Below are positions 43,396 through 53,644 of a stretch of DNA of 64,000 bases, one piece after another (positions within the stretch are counted from its first letter, which is position 1; every line of letters begins with the position of its first letter). This DNA is from a virus (lineage: Duplodnaviria > Caudoviricetes): positions 1 to 64,000 of the IMG/VR virus record IMGVR_UViG_3300021082_000020. The stretch is one strand, 5' to 3'. Both the position numbers and the translations under genes were made by a program. The notes beneath the pieces are model-generated. The model was not told the origin of the DNA. It ran no database searches and worked only from the letters and a program-made list of their open reading frames with translations.

Positions 43396-43852
43396 CAGCC
43401 AGCCACCTGTACGAAATGAAGTCCTCACCCTCGATGCCATAGCCGGACAGCACGCCTTCGGCCCTGGCGCCAATTAAACTCATGAATCTGCGGACATCAT
43501 CCCGGTGGCGTAGTGCCACCGCATCAACGCGGTGTATTCCGAGGTCGACCAACATCGGTAGAACGAAACCACGGATCTGCCGCATCATTGGTAACACGGC
43601 GCGACCCCAGTCGTCAGTGCCGAAGGCGAAGCCGGCAGCCACACCCTGGCGTTTCAGCACCGCGCCCCAGACTGAGATCGGGCCGCGGTCGAGGCTCCAG
43701 GCGCAATACACAAACAGCTTGTGCCGCATGATCAACCCTGGCAGCCGCTCCATGTCGGTGCCAGCCGCGGTCATCTCGGCTACGTCTTCCTCGCGCATGT
43801 GCTGCAGCACATGCCGGATTATGCCGACGTCGGCCTGCGCGATCTCGATCAT
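43334..43852 (-). CDS. GNAT-like virion assembly protein (T7 gp13-like)
   Basis: MREED.AE..A, FGTD.W, RF..LIGA..EG...YG..GEDF; follows nozzle gene by ATGA overlap. Confidence 0.7.
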   Translation of the reverse strand: MIEIAQADVGIIRHVLQHMREEDVAEMTAAGTDMERLPGLIMRHKLFVYCAWSLDRGPISVWGAVLKRQGVAAGFAFGTDDWGRAVLPMMRQIRGFVLPMLVDLGIHRVDAVALRHRDDVRRFMSLIGARAEGVLSGYGIEGEDFISYRWLADEYSGYQTTKTKADGAYPAH

Positions 43853-45285
43853 CCGGTCTCGGCCCCTGCGTAATGTACCACCATGTTGGACAGGGTTTGC
43901 GGTCCCAGCTCCTGCGACCGCAGCCGCAGCGACATGTGGGTGGCGTGGCCAAACAGCTGGATCTTGCCCTGTGGGAACGACGGTCCGTTGAACTCGCCGA
44001 TGACGTCCTCGATCGTGGGGTCGGCCACATTGAACGCGGCCGACACCTGCCACGGCACGCCGGAGCAGGTGGCATCCAACGCAGTGAAACCTTTGAAGGT
44101 GGCCACGCCCTCGCCGGCGTGAAATGGGAAGATCAGCTCGACCGGACAGTCGTCATAAATGGGTCCGACATCGGAGGTGCCGCCGTAGGCATAGACGGTG
44201 TTGTTATCGTCGCGCACCACCACGCGATTTTGATGGATACAGGCGGCGGTGATGACGAAGCCGGCATCGTACTCACTCCAAGCTGTGATCTTCGGCCCCG
44301 GGAACGCTGATAACACATAGATCTTAGAGGTTAAGGGGGCGGCGGCGTCGGCTTTTGAGCCAGACATAATGATCCAGAACCTTCCGGTTACCGGCTGCAG
44401 CAGTGCGATCGTGCCGCTCATCCAGTCCGGCCCCATGGCGCGGAATAGATCCTGCATCAGTGGATCCAGCGGCGAGCCGATGTCGGACACCGCCGCAGCC
44501 AGTGAAGAGTTTCTAGCGCGTAGTGATCTGACACCTGATTGCGACAGGTACATCACATCGCCGGAGCCGTACTGCATCACTGAGCGCCAGGCGGTGGTGC
44601 CGGCCTGGCGCAGCGTCTGCACGTATTGGTTCTTGGTGAAGTCGGGATCCATGATCCACAGCTGCACCGCGGTCGAGGAGAAGATCGCCAGCTTGTCGTA
44701 GTAGACCTCGAGCGCCACCGAATCTGTCATATCGGAATCGCCCATCGACAGGTCGATGAAGTTGGTCGGATTGGGCGGCGCCATGCCGGACCAGTCGCCG
44801 GCGTTACCGATCGCCGAGAAGTACAAGATGCTATGCTCGACCGTGTACATCTTGTTCTTGTAGGTGCGGCAGTAGAAACCGCGCGCCAGTGGCAGGTTCA
44901 GGCCGTCATAGTAGCGGCCGATGTTGCCGGCGGCGTCCTTCCACAGGATCACGAATACTTTGTTGTCGAACAGGTCGTAGTCGACGATCTCATAGATCGT
45001 CGCGGTCTGCTGACCGAGCACGCCGATCGACCAGACACCGGACGGCGGCTCGACCTTGTAGGGGCCGTTCGGGCCGAAGGTGTAAAGTTTCTGGTTGACC
45101 TCGACCAGGCCGCGACTGGCGCCGTCGACCGACCAGAACGGCACGAACGCCATGCGCTTCTCGATCTCACCACCCGGCGTGACATGGGCGTTGGTCATGC
45201 GGCGCAGCGTTCCCGCCGGCGCGGTCAGCTCACTGCGCCGTAGATCCAGACCGGCAGCGAAGTCGGTGATGGTGAAGTAGGGCAA
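43849..45285 (-). CDS. Tail nozzle/tubular protein B-like
   Basis: DF..GL..R N-terminus, NA.V..GGEIEKR, LYFSA.G..DW, beta-propeller-like; position. Confidence 0.75.
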   Translation of the reverse strand: MPYFTITDFAAGLDLRRSELTAPAGTLRRMTNAHVTPGGEIEKRMAFVPFWSVDGASRGLVEVNQKLYTFGPNGPYKVEPPSGVWSIGVLGQQTATIYEIVDYDLFDNKVFVILWKDAAGNIGRYYDGLNLPLARGFYCRTYKNKMYTVEHSILYFSAIGNAGDWSGMAPPNPTNFIDLSMGDSDMTDSVALEVYYDKLAIFSSTAVQLWIMDPDFTKNQYVQTLRQAGTTAWRSVMQYGSGDVMYLSQSGVRSLRARNSSLAAAVSDIGSPLDPLMQDLFRAMGPDWMSGTIALLQPVTGRFWIIMSGSKADAAAPLTSKIYVLSAFPGPKITAWSEYDAGFVITAACIHQNRVVVRDDNNTVYAYGGTSDVGPIYDDCPVELIFPFHAGEGVATFKGFTALDATCSGVPWQVSAAFNVADPTIEDVIGEFNGPSFPQGKIQLFGHATHMSLRLRSQELGPQTLSNMVVHYAGAETG

Positions 45286-45297
45286 CTACTCCCTCCA

Positions 45298-46245
45298 TCA
45301 GTTCGGGATGTAGTCGAGATAGCGGACGCGGCTCGCGGACTTGTCGGGATCGAAGCCGCCGCGCTGATTGCCGCCCATGTTGTAGTTCTGCCTCTTGTCC
45401 GCCCCCTGGTCGGCCAGCACCCGCCGCAGCGCGTTCTGCGCCTTGGTCAGCTTCATCGGCGCTGCTTCACTCTTCTGCACAGCCAGCATCTCGGCCGCGG
45501 CAAACAGCACGATCACCTTGGAATCGATGATGCAGGTATCGGTTGACGCCACCAGCGGCGACAGCGGCGCCTGGCCCTCGAACCGCATTATCAAGTTGTC
45601 GGTGGTCGGCACCGGCATTATCCGCAACTGTCCAACCGGATTGGTTATCGGCGCGGCACCCGCCGTGTTGACGGTGACGACGTTGCCCCAACGTGTTGGA
45701 TTGCCGGAGTTAGACATCCCCGGGCGGACCATGTGCGCCTTGATGCCGTAGGACAGCGGCGTCCATGACGACTTGACGGTCAGTACCGGCGGCGGCACGG
45801 ATGATGCCGTCCAGAGTGTTGGAGCAGCTGCGCGCTGTTGTGCGAACGTCAGCGGCGGTGGGCCGTTGACTAGATCGAAGTTGAGCCGCCAGACCGAATT
45901 GTCGGCAATATCGCGTGCATAGGTACCAGCCGCGTAGAAGGTTGAATTTGCCCAGTACGGCACCGTGGTTGTTACCAGGCTACCTTGTGCCACCCAGATC
46001 TGGGCGATCTGATCGAACGCCATCGCCGGCGGGTAGGAGTAGATCTCCTGGTTGGAGATCAACGGTATGTCGACCCACATCTTCAGGTGCTGCCAATTGT
46101 AGGCGTCCCACAGCTCGCGCTGCTGCCGCGCCAGCAGGACATCGATCGTGTCCTGCGCCTGCACTCCCTGGGCAGGGTTGAGCGATGCGCCAATCTCGGC
46201 ACGTAGCTCGCGGCGCAGCTCCAGCAGCGTGACCCCCAGTGGCAC
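45298..46245 (-). CDS. Head-tail adaptor/tubular protein A-like
   Basis: TLLELR..LR.E.G..LL...QREL...W.HL; Q..I.PVP; position before nozzle. Confidence 0.75.
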   Translation of the reverse strand: MPLGVTLLELRRELRAEIGASLNPAQGVQAQDTIDVLLARQQRELWDAYNWQHLKMWVDIPLISNQEIYSYPPAMAFDQIAQIWVAQGSLVTTTVPYWANSTFYAAGTYARDIADNSVWRLNFDLVNGPPPLTFAQQRAAAPTLWTASSVPPPVLTVKSSWTPLSYGIKAHMVRPGMSNSGNPTRWGNVVTVNTAGAAPITNPVGQLRIMPVPTTDNLIMRFEGQAPLSPLVASTDTCIIDSKVIVLFAAAEMLAVQKSEAAPMKLTKAQNALRRVLADQGADKRQNYNMGGNQRGGFDPDKSASRVRYLDYIPN

Positions 46246-46721
46246 TAGCCGGCGTCCTTATGCTCCGGTGGCGGCGGTGTCCGGCGGCCGCGTGCCGGCC
46301 GGAAGATCGGCTCGAGTTGGGTTCCGGCCTTGGCGACTTCGTCCTCGCCGTCGTCTTCCTCGTCGTCGCCGTTGCCGTTGGTGATCGCTGGCGCGACCTT
46401 GGTGGAGATGGCGCCGCCTTCATAGTGCGGCAGGTTCACCTCTTCGGTCATCATGTAGTCCATGCGGAAGGCCCGCCCCGGGAAGCACCGCTCGACAACT
46501 TCACGGCCATAGATGCTCATCAGCCGGTTCTTCTCTTCGGTCGGCCACACTTCGCCGATGCCGATCGGCATGATGTCCATGACGTTCTCGTCGCCGTGCA
46601 GCGTCTGCAACACCTGGATCTCCGGCCAGGTCACCGGGTTATGTGCGCCATAGATCACGGTATGACAGTTCTGACCGGCAAGGTTGATCTTGCAGGCGCA
46701 GTATTGGATCTGCTTCGCCAT
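46245..46721 (-). CDS. Hypothetical protein downstream of capsid
   Basis: GGAGA RBS; VT.PEI.VL..LHG..V..I..E..RL..YG. Confidence 0.7.
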   Translation of the reverse strand: MAKQIQYCACKINLAGQNCHTVIYGAHNPVTWPEIQVLQTLHGDENVMDIMPIGIGEVWPTEEKNRLMSIYGREVVERCFPGRAFRMDYMMTEEVNLPHYEGGAISTKVAPAITNGNGDDEEDDGEDEVAKAGTQLEPIFRPARGRRTPPPPEHKDAG

Positions 46722-46735
46722 AGTCTCTCCCTAAT

Positions 46736-46781
46736 GAAAAAGACCGGAGTGCTAAGAGTGTCCGCTCCCCGCACTCCGGTC
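46736..46781 (-). terminator. Intrinsic terminator after the capsid gene
   Basis: 11-bp stem gaccggagtgc/gcactccggtc followed by TTTTT on minus strand. Confidence 0.7.
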
Positions 46782-46792
46782 CCGCGCTGCGA

Positions 46793-47911
46793 TCAGACAA
46801 TATCCATGACGACAGCGCCGTTGAGGCGCCGCGCACAGAGTTGCCCGGTCGAAGTGATGGATCGATAGATCACGTACTTATCGGGTGCGCGATCCGGTGA
46901 GTGCTGGTGGCGCCACTCGTCCTGCATGGCGACCAGGTAGATGTCCCGCGAATCATACCAATAGCAACGCTTGCTCTTGCCGAGCTGGTCCAGCGTTGGG
47001 TCGTATTCGAAGTCGGTGCCGGCATAGGAAATTTGCCCGACACTGACATCCTTGGCGCCAGAGAAGCCCTGCATGCTGTAGTTACCGTTGGCGCGCAGTT
47101 CAGCTTCCAAGGCAGCAAGCCAGTCACTGCCACAGAAGCCGGTGTTCGGCTTGGCGCCGTACCGGGTGAGCTGGCGATACTCTTTCTGCAGCAGGGTGAT
47201 CAACGCGCCGCCGTTGGCGGCACTGGACGTAATTGGCCCGCCACCCCAGGCTGACAGTGCCGGCGTGCCGGTCACAGCCGTACCCATCGCCGAGGTATAG
47301 GCGCGGTTCCTCCACCACGGCTTCTGCGCCCGGTTGATGCCAGCGACGATGCCAACGCTTGGGTCGTCAGTGACCAGTGCCGCCATGCCGGCTAAAGCTT
47401 TGGCATCAGTGGCGCCGTTGGTCCACAGCAGGTTGTTCATGCAGCGGGCGTACTGCTCGCTGACATCTTGCAACGCATCCTGCAACAACCCGACCAGGAC
47501 GGTGTCGTCGCGGCCGGAGTGCTCGTTGACGTCGTCCATGTTGCCGGAGTCGGAGACGCTGATGCCGTCGGTCTTCAGCTCGGAGTGGGTGAGCATGATG
47601 CCGATGTGCATTTCCTTCCAGGGGAACACCGCCTGGGTCAGGTTCGCAGGGGTGTAGTAGGTGACCGCGTCGTCGAGCTGGTAGCCCTTGAGCTGGTCGT
47701 CAGTGCCTGGCGCCGCGGTATTACCGAAGTCACCCTTGACCGAGATGATGATATTCCCCTTGCCGCCGGGGAAGGTCTTCTTCTTGGATTCCATCGCCGC
47801 CAGCAGCGGCTTCTCCTGGATCGCCTCCTGGAAGGCGGTCCCTTTGTTCATCCAGTAGTCCAACGCCGCCGTAGTGATGTGGGCGAGCAGTGGCGCAGAA
47901 TAGGTAGGCAT
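46793..47911 (-). CDS. Major capsid protein
   Basis: 372 aa after scaffold, followed by terminator; L..G..D.KAL.G, GINR...WWRN, GQLC.RR.N. Confidence 0.85.
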   Translation of the reverse strand: MPTYSAPLLAHITTAALDYWMNKGTAFQEAIQEKPLLAAMESKKKTFPGGKGNIIISVKGDFGNTAAPGTDDQLKGYQLDDAVTYYTPANLTQAVFPWKEMHIGIMLTHSELKTDGISVSDSGNMDDVNEHSGRDDTVLVGLLQDALQDVSEQYARCMNNLLWTNGATDAKALAGMAALVTDDPSVGIVAGINRAQKPWWRNRAYTSAMGTAVTGTPALSAWGGGPITSSAANGGALITLLQKEYRQLTRYGAKPNTGFCGSDWLAALEAELRANGNYSMQGFSGAKDVSVGQISYAGTDFEYDPTLDQLGKSKRCYWYDSRDIYLVAMQDEWRHQHSPDRAPDKYVIYRSITSTGQLCARRLNGAVVMDIV

Positions 47912-47927
47912 TTAAGCACCTCTGGAA

Positions 47928-48974
47928 TTAGAGGCGCGGCGCTCCCTCGCGAGCAAATCTGACTGCTTCCAGCAGTGACGTAGGCTCGGGTGCCACACCA
48001 GCGGTTCTTCCGGTGCTGCTCGGGACACGCGATGTGGCTTGGCGTCTGGTTCCAGCCCAACTTTCGTACTGCGCGTTAACGCGGCGGAGCGCCTCTTGGG
48101 CGATCTGCACACCGTTCTCGGGCGACTTAGGTGGACCGTATTCCTGGACTAGCGCCATCATCGTGGACTGAACAGCGGCTTTTTTCTTAGCCGCATAGTT
48201 GGTGTCCGATCGTATGATCTTCAGTTCCCAGTTGTTGACGGCAGTCGCCACCTTGTCGGCCAAGATCTCCCGCTGCAATTGCAGCTGCTGTTGCGCTGAC
48301 GTTTGCTGGTGCTGCTGCAACGCGGCCTGTTGTCGGACCGCATTGTTTTGCGCCATCGCCTTGTCCATGCGCTCTCGCGAGTACATGGCCGCGGCCTGTG
48401 TCGTCATATGCCCCTGCTGCACTGACTGTTGCAGATCAGGGGGCAACGAGATGCCGAGGTATTCCTCGCAAAGCTTCATGTACGGCTGCACGCCGGTATG
48501 AAACTTTACGAAGTCACCGCGGCGCATCGCCGCCATCAGCTCAAGGCCAAACAGGAAATCGTCCTGACCGATATCGTTCTTGCGAAGATAATCGGTGACC
48601 TTGCGGGCCATATCCGCGTCCGGCTCGAGCGACTTCAGACGCTGTACCTCGGCCGACAATTTCTGCCGTTGCGAGTTCAGCTTCTTGATGCGCCGTTGCG
48701 CGGCCTTGGAAAGCTTGGCTAATTCGTCAGGTGTCGGCTCTTCCGACAACTCGGGTTCGCGATCGCGAACGGACTTCCTTGCGACTTGGGATGGCGAGTC
48801 CCCCCTTGAGCCGTCGGTGTCTGAGTAGTCGTCATCCTGTCGCAGCTCAGGCACTGCGCTCTGGATGGCGTCTAGGAGACTTCCCGCGGTATCGCCGGCG
48901 TCCGTACCTGGCGAAGGTACCTGCTCGATCGACGGTGCTATCTCAGTGGATGGCACCTTGTCGTCATCGGCCAT
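47928..48974 (-). CDS. Capsid scaffolding protein
   Basis: Acidic N-terminus, coiled coil, Gln-rich, C-terminal P.SL.EA helix; between portal and capsid. Confidence 0.75.
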   Translation of the reverse strand: MADDDKVPSTEIAPSIEQVPSPGTDAGDTAGSLLDAIQSAVPELRQDDDYSDTDGSRGDSPSQVARKSVRDREPELSEEPTPDELAKLSKAAQRRIKKLNSQRQKLSAEVQRLKSLEPDADMARKVTDYLRKNDIGQDDFLFGLELMAAMRRGDFVKFHTGVQPYMKLCEEYLGISLPPDLQQSVQQGHMTTQAAAMYSRERMDKAMAQNNAVRQQAALQQHQQTSAQQQLQLQREILADKVATAVNNWELKIIRSDTNYAAKKKAAVQSTMMALVQEYGPPKSPENGVQIAQEALRRVNAQYESWAGTRRQATSRVPSSTGRTAGVAPEPTSLLEAVRFAREGAPRL

Positions 48975-49040
48975 ATCAAATTCCCCCGGTGCCGATCGGC
49001 ACCTTCAAGCGATCATTACGTCAATTCAGGTTGTTTGTCA

Positions 49041-51653
49041 TCAACCTGGCATTGTCGGCATCGTCACCTGCTGCGGCATCGGATGCGGCCGCGCCGGCGG
49101 TGCGCCGGCCAGTGTCTGCTGCGCGTCGGGCGCCGACGGCGGCGGCGCTGCCTTGGCGCCGCCATCTGGCGCGTTGACGGCGCCCTGCGGCCCCATGCCC
49201 GCGCCTGGCGCAGCACCTGCGCCAGCCGCGGTGGGGCCGGCGCTGCCAGACATAGCACCGTTCATCGCAACGATACTCGGCAGCGAGGACTTGAATGCTT
49301 CGGTCAGGTCGAGGCGATCGTCGAGCCGACGCAGCGTATCCTTGGCCAGGAACTCCGGGTCGATGCCGGGCAGCTGGATCAACAACGGCATCAGCCGCTG
49401 GGCGTTGGCGATCTCCTGCGCCTGGTTCGGCCGACCCATGGAGCCCGCTTCGATCTCGAGCAGGATCTCGTTGGCGATGTCCTGCGCGACCGGCTCGGCC
49501 GGCCAGACCGCGCCCTGGCCGACGATCTTTTTGACCCGTTCCTGCGACATCTCCCGCATCAGGATCTGGCCGCCGTTGCGGGCCAGCTGCGTCAGCAGGT
49601 CGTTCAGGTCATCGATATTCGACCCCATGGACGTCATCCGCGAGCCTTCGGCAATCTGCGCCTGGGTCGCCGTGGTGTTCGAAGTGCCACCAAGGTTCGC
49701 TTCCTGGATGCCTGTCGTCCGTAGAATGTCCTCATAGACTGGATTTACTTCGTACAAATTCGGATCGATCCCTGGCCCGGCGTAGGGTTGCAGGAGCTGT
49801 TTGACGTCCTGCTGCGGCTGTAGCGCGTTGAACTCGATCACCGCATTGGCTTCGCGGTTAGTCAGCTTCTCCATGTCGTCTTCGTCCATGGATCCAGCCA
49901 CCACCGCAGTGAACGGCCGGCCGGCAATACGCTGTTCTTTCAAGCCCTCGCGGCAGCGGTTGTACTCGAGCTGCATGTCGCGCATCAGCCTGACGTCGCT
50001 CGGCGGGAACAGCTCGTTCTCATCCTCGATGCCGTTGAAGATCAAGGCGTACCAAGGGTAGAACCGCTCGTTGTAGATCTCTGGCGAAGCAGGTTCTTTT
50101 AGGAACTCTCGGTAGCCGTCACAGACCACATAGACCAAGCCGTCGTTGCGGTTGTAGATCTCCCAAACGATCGCATTCGGCTCGCCGCGGTTCTTACTCT
50201 TGTCCTTGCTGCTCATCCAGTCTTCCATCGCCTTGGATGGATCGGTGTCGCTGTCGGAGCCGTACTCGGTGCAATGACCGCGCACGTCAACGCCATAGAT
50301 CTCTTCGATCTCGCTAACGGATAGGAGATACTCCTCGGCGACCCAGCCGGCCGCCACCCAGTTGCGCAGGTCGATGCACTTGATGTCGGGGATGATGCGA
50401 GTCGACAGCGGGAAGTCGAAAGTAAGCCCTTCCCGCACCACCGCGCCCTGCGCCTTGAATAAATCCTGCAATAGCAGCCGGAGCTGCTCGGCCTCAGAAT
50501 CGTCGTTGTCGGTGATGCTGTCGGTGGCGTCGGCTGCCAGGCGCTCGAGCGTGGCCAACCGTTCGTTGGCGTCGGCGATGCCCTTCTCCAGGTCGGGCCG
50601 CTGCTGCATCACCCGCTCGAAGCCGAGCTTCACATAGGCCACGCCATTGGTGACGGCGCGCCGCACGCTCATTTTCAGCATGCTTTTGAAGGGGTGCGGC
50701 TGGTTGTCGACCTCGTAGGAGTAGAGCAGCTCAAGGGTCCGAGCCAGCTTGTCCATCATGATGTTCTCGGACTTCACCCTGGCCGCATCCATCATGATGT
50801 CCATGCCGGAGCCGACCGCCTGCGCAATCATCGGCGAGGCCGGCGGCGCCATGCCGCCGGCGGCGGCGCCGGCAGCGGCCTGGCCAAGCTGGTCACCGAG
50901 CCCCTGCGGCTGCTGCATTTCGCCAGGGATCGGGCCGGCACCCATACCCGGCATGGTCGCGCCACCGAGCGCGGCGCCCATCTGGCCGGAGATTTGGTTC
51001 ACTGAAGGTGACGGCATCGACGCCGGGTTGGGCGGCATGCCGCCGGCCATCAGCATGCCGATGTCGGGCGGGCTGCCAGTTGCCATCGGCATCATGCCCT
51101 GCACCGCGCTACCGGCGGCACCGGCGACCTGGCCGGCCATACCAGGTGGCATGCCGGGCATGCCGCCAGGCGCCATCGGCCCTTGGCCCATGGCGCCAGC
51201 AGCTTGCGCCTGCTGCATCATCATCGCCGCAGACTGCATCAGCTGATTGAGCGTGGTCTGGCTTTCGTCCCAGGAGGTGGCATTGAGCCTTGGCCGCTTC
51301 TTGGCCACTGCCTTGGGGTTTTTGGCGTAGAGAAACGCCGTCTTTTGCGCCACCAATCTGAGCGTGAGGTTGGCGACGTAACGCTTGTCCTTGGCGTCCT
51401 TGGACCACTGCTTGCCGAAGCAGAACTCCTGGTCCTCACGCATACGATCGAATGACGGCTTCCAATACCGCTTGGCCTTTTTGACCTTGCTGGTCCAATC
51501 GCTGACCAAGTTACGGCGGCGGTCCGGCGGATCGGGATTGGCGCGCGGGATCGAGTTTGGCTTGCCGGTGGTTGGATTGATGTCTGGTTCGCTGGACTGC
51601 TCATCGATCCCGGCGAACACACGCATCATGTCGTCTTGGAAGGCGTCTACCAT
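49041..51653 (-). CDS. Portal protein, copy B
   Basis: 870 aa, near-identical to 719..3304 outside the low-complexity insert. Confidence 0.85.
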   Translation of the reverse strand: MVDAFQDDMMRVFAGIDEQSSEPDINPTTGKPNSIPRANPDPPDRRRNLVSDWTSKVKKAKRYWKPSFDRMREDQEFCFGKQWSKDAKDKRYVANLTLRLVAQKTAFLYAKNPKAVAKKRPRLNATSWDESQTTLNQLMQSAAMMMQQAQAAGAMGQGPMAPGGMPGMPPGMAGQVAGAAGSAVQGMMPMATGSPPDIGMLMAGGMPPNPASMPSPSVNQISGQMGAALGGATMPGMGAGPIPGEMQQPQGLGDQLGQAAAGAAAGGMAPPASPMIAQAVGSGMDIMMDAARVKSENIMMDKLARTLELLYSYEVDNQPHPFKSMLKMSVRRAVTNGVAYVKLGFERVMQQRPDLEKGIADANERLATLERLAADATDSITDNDDSEAEQLRLLLQDLFKAQGAVVREGLTFDFPLSTRIIPDIKCIDLRNWVAAGWVAEEYLLSVSEIEEIYGVDVRGHCTEYGSDSDTDPSKAMEDWMSSKDKSKNRGEPNAIVWEIYNRNDGLVYVVCDGYREFLKEPASPEIYNERFYPWYALIFNGIEDENELFPPSDVRLMRDMQLEYNRCREGLKEQRIAGRPFTAVVAGSMDEDDMEKLTNREANAVIEFNALQPQQDVKQLLQPYAGPGIDPNLYEVNPVYEDILRTTGIQEANLGGTSNTTATQAQIAEGSRMTSMGSNIDDLNDLLTQLARNGGQILMREMSQERVKKIVGQGAVWPAEPVAQDIANEILLEIEAGSMGRPNQAQEIANAQRLMPLLIQLPGIDPEFLAKDTLRRLDDRLDLTEAFKSSLPSIVAMNGAMSGSAGPTAAGAGAAPGAGMGPQGAVNAPDGGAKAAPPPSAPDAQQTLAGAPPARPHPMPQQVTMPTMPG

Positions 51654-53224
51654 CCTTGCAGGCCCCTCGCCCGTAAGTCTTGGCCCTCACGCCGGCGCGT
51701 GTTTGCGAACAGCTCGCGGTAGGTGCCGGTGGTTATTTCCGGCTCAACCTTCCTGCCGCGGGTTCGCCCGTGCATCTTCGATAGTCCTAGCCCAACCAGG
51801 CTCAGAGTGTCGACCACGTCGTCGTTTGAGCCGTGCGGAAACTTCAGGATCTGGTCCTGCATCTCCGACCACTGGCGGATAAAACCAGGGAAGCGCACCA
51901 TCTTCATGGAGGTGCGCGCCTGAATTGCCTGCGCGCGTTGCTGCTTGTCGGCGGCGGGATTGATCGGATCGATCGCACAGAACGCCTGCTTCTCGATCAT
52001 GCGCCGGCGCAGGAAGGGGCCTAAGCTCTTGGTGATGGCGCCGCCTTCCGCCCACCAGAACATCGGCTTGTATTTCTTCATCAGCACGATCATGCACTCG
52101 ACCGCCTGGTGCGAATCCAGTCGGTCCCAGACCATGTCCGGCATGATCCAGATGTTGTCCTTCTCGTCGACGCCGACGATCATCAGGCAGGTCTTGTCGG
52201 CGGACTTGGCTACCGATACCGCGTGGTCCGATGCCCCATAGAATCGCAGGGTATGAAACGCCGGGACGTCATCCATTTTATTGTAAGTGACCAGGTCACT
52301 GTCTTTGAAAAAGGCCCCATCCTTAGGTCCTGGACGGCCCTGATACAGCGCAGCAAATCCACGCGGATCGGTGGCACGGATCTCCTCCAGATACTGCTTG
52401 GTGAACCGCTCCGGCCATAACGCCTCGCCCGGCTTGCGGCCGAGCACATCGTTGTCTTCGGCTAGCGCCGGCAGATCAATCTTGCGCCAGGCTTTGGCTT
52501 CTTCGACGTTATAGTAGGGATTAAGCGGGTCGATAAGCCGGCCAACGAGATCATCTTCTGTCCATCTCGTCTGGACGATGACGATAGTGCCAGTCGAATC
52601 CATGAGGCGAGTTCTGAGGACTTGATTGTACCATTGCCACAGCTTCTCGCGAACGATGACGGAGTCAGCTTCAGTACGGTCCTTAATTGGGTCATCGAGG
52701 AGGATGCAATGACCACCACGTCCGGTGATGCTGGAGCCGCGTCCCACACTGAAGACCACTCCATCACGGGTGGTTTGGACGCGGTTGACGGCATTGGCGC
52801 CCACCTTGATTTCTACTTCTGGGAAGACCTGTTTGTACTCCGGTGTCTCCATGATGTCGCGGACGCGACGGCCCAGATCCCAGGAATAATGCTCGTTGTA
52901 GGTGGCAACGATGATACTCCTTTCGGGATGGCGACCGACATACCAAGCTGGGAACATCGCACTGGCCAGCGTAGTCTTGCCGAAGCGTGGTCCGACATTG
53001 ATCATGAGCCGCCGATAATCGCCGCGCTCGACCTCTTCAAGCGAGCGACCGATCATGCGGTGAAACGGTTGTGGCTTATACAACGACTGCCCGACATCAT
53101 CATCGAAGTTGGGGTCGGGCATCATCAGTTCTGTAAACGCTATCAGATCGTTGCGGGCGTTGAGGATCGCCCGCTTGCGCTTCAGAAGCTTGAGGTGGAC
53201 GTCCTGTTCAGCCTTCGTCGACAT
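51647..53224 (-). CDS. terL: Terminase large subunit, copy B
   Basis: Same motifs as copy A; intact. Confidence 0.95.
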   Translation of the reverse strand: MSTKAEQDVHLKLLKRKRAILNARNDLIAFTELMMPDPNFDDDVGQSLYKPQPFHRMIGRSLEEVERGDYRRLMINVGPRFGKTTLASAMFPAWYVGRHPERSIIVATYNEHYSWDLGRRVRDIMETPEYKQVFPEVEIKVGANAVNRVQTTRDGVVFSVGRGSSITGRGGHCILLDDPIKDRTEADSVIVREKLWQWYNQVLRTRLMDSTGTIVIVQTRWTEDDLVGRLIDPLNPYYNVEEAKAWRKIDLPALAEDNDVLGRKPGEALWPERFTKQYLEEIRATDPRGFAALYQGRPGPKDGAFFKDSDLVTYNKMDDVPAFHTLRFYGASDHAVSVAKSADKTCLMIVGVDEKDNIWIMPDMVWDRLDSHQAVECMIVLMKKYKPMFWWAEGGAITKSLGPFLRRRMIEKQAFCAIDPINPAADKQQRAQAIQARTSMKMVRFPGFIRQWSEMQDQILKFPHGSNDDVVDTLSLVGLGLSKMHGRTRGRKVEPEITTGTYRELFANTRRREGQDLRARGLQGW

Positions 53225-53435
53225 GCTTGTACTTCGCCATCGGCACGTCTGGCATCTTCTTGATCGATACCTTAGGTTTGGAGCTGATGGTGTTGGCTTC
53301 GACCGGAGTCGGCTGCGGACCCTTTACCGGCGAGGTGTGGTGGGTGAAATTGTCCTGGGTCTTCGACACTGCCGGCGGCGCCTTGGCCACTGGCGGCGCC
53401 TTGATGTTCACGGTCTTGCCGATCTTGGAAGGCAT
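53208..53435 (-). CDS. Small basic protein, copy B
   Basis: Homologue of 4859..5086. Confidence 0.7.
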   Translation of the reverse strand: MPSKIGKTVNIKAPPVAKAPPAVSKTQDNFTHHTSPVKGPQPTPVEANTISSKPKVSIKKMPDVPMAKYKHVDEG

Positions 53436-53478
53436 AGTTGAGTTCCCCTCAAGTTGAAAATCCGAAAAAATTTTTGCG

Positions 53479-53643
53479 CTAGGCTACGTCCTCATCGTCG
53501 TCCTGCATTAGCACGCCGACGCCGTTAACGGTGATCTGCAGGTCGACGCCGTCCGGCACGGTCAATGCGATTTCGATCCGCGGAGTGAGCGGCCGGATCA
53601 AAGCCGGGTCCGGTGGAAATACATCCTGTTCAGGCTTGGCCAT
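53479..53643 (-). CDS. Small hypothetical protein, copy B
   Basis: Homologue of 5126..5287. Confidence 0.65.
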   Translation of the reverse strand: MAKPEQDVFPPDPALIRPLTPRIEIALTVPDGVDLQITVNGVGVLMQDDDEDVA

Positions 53644-53644
53644 T

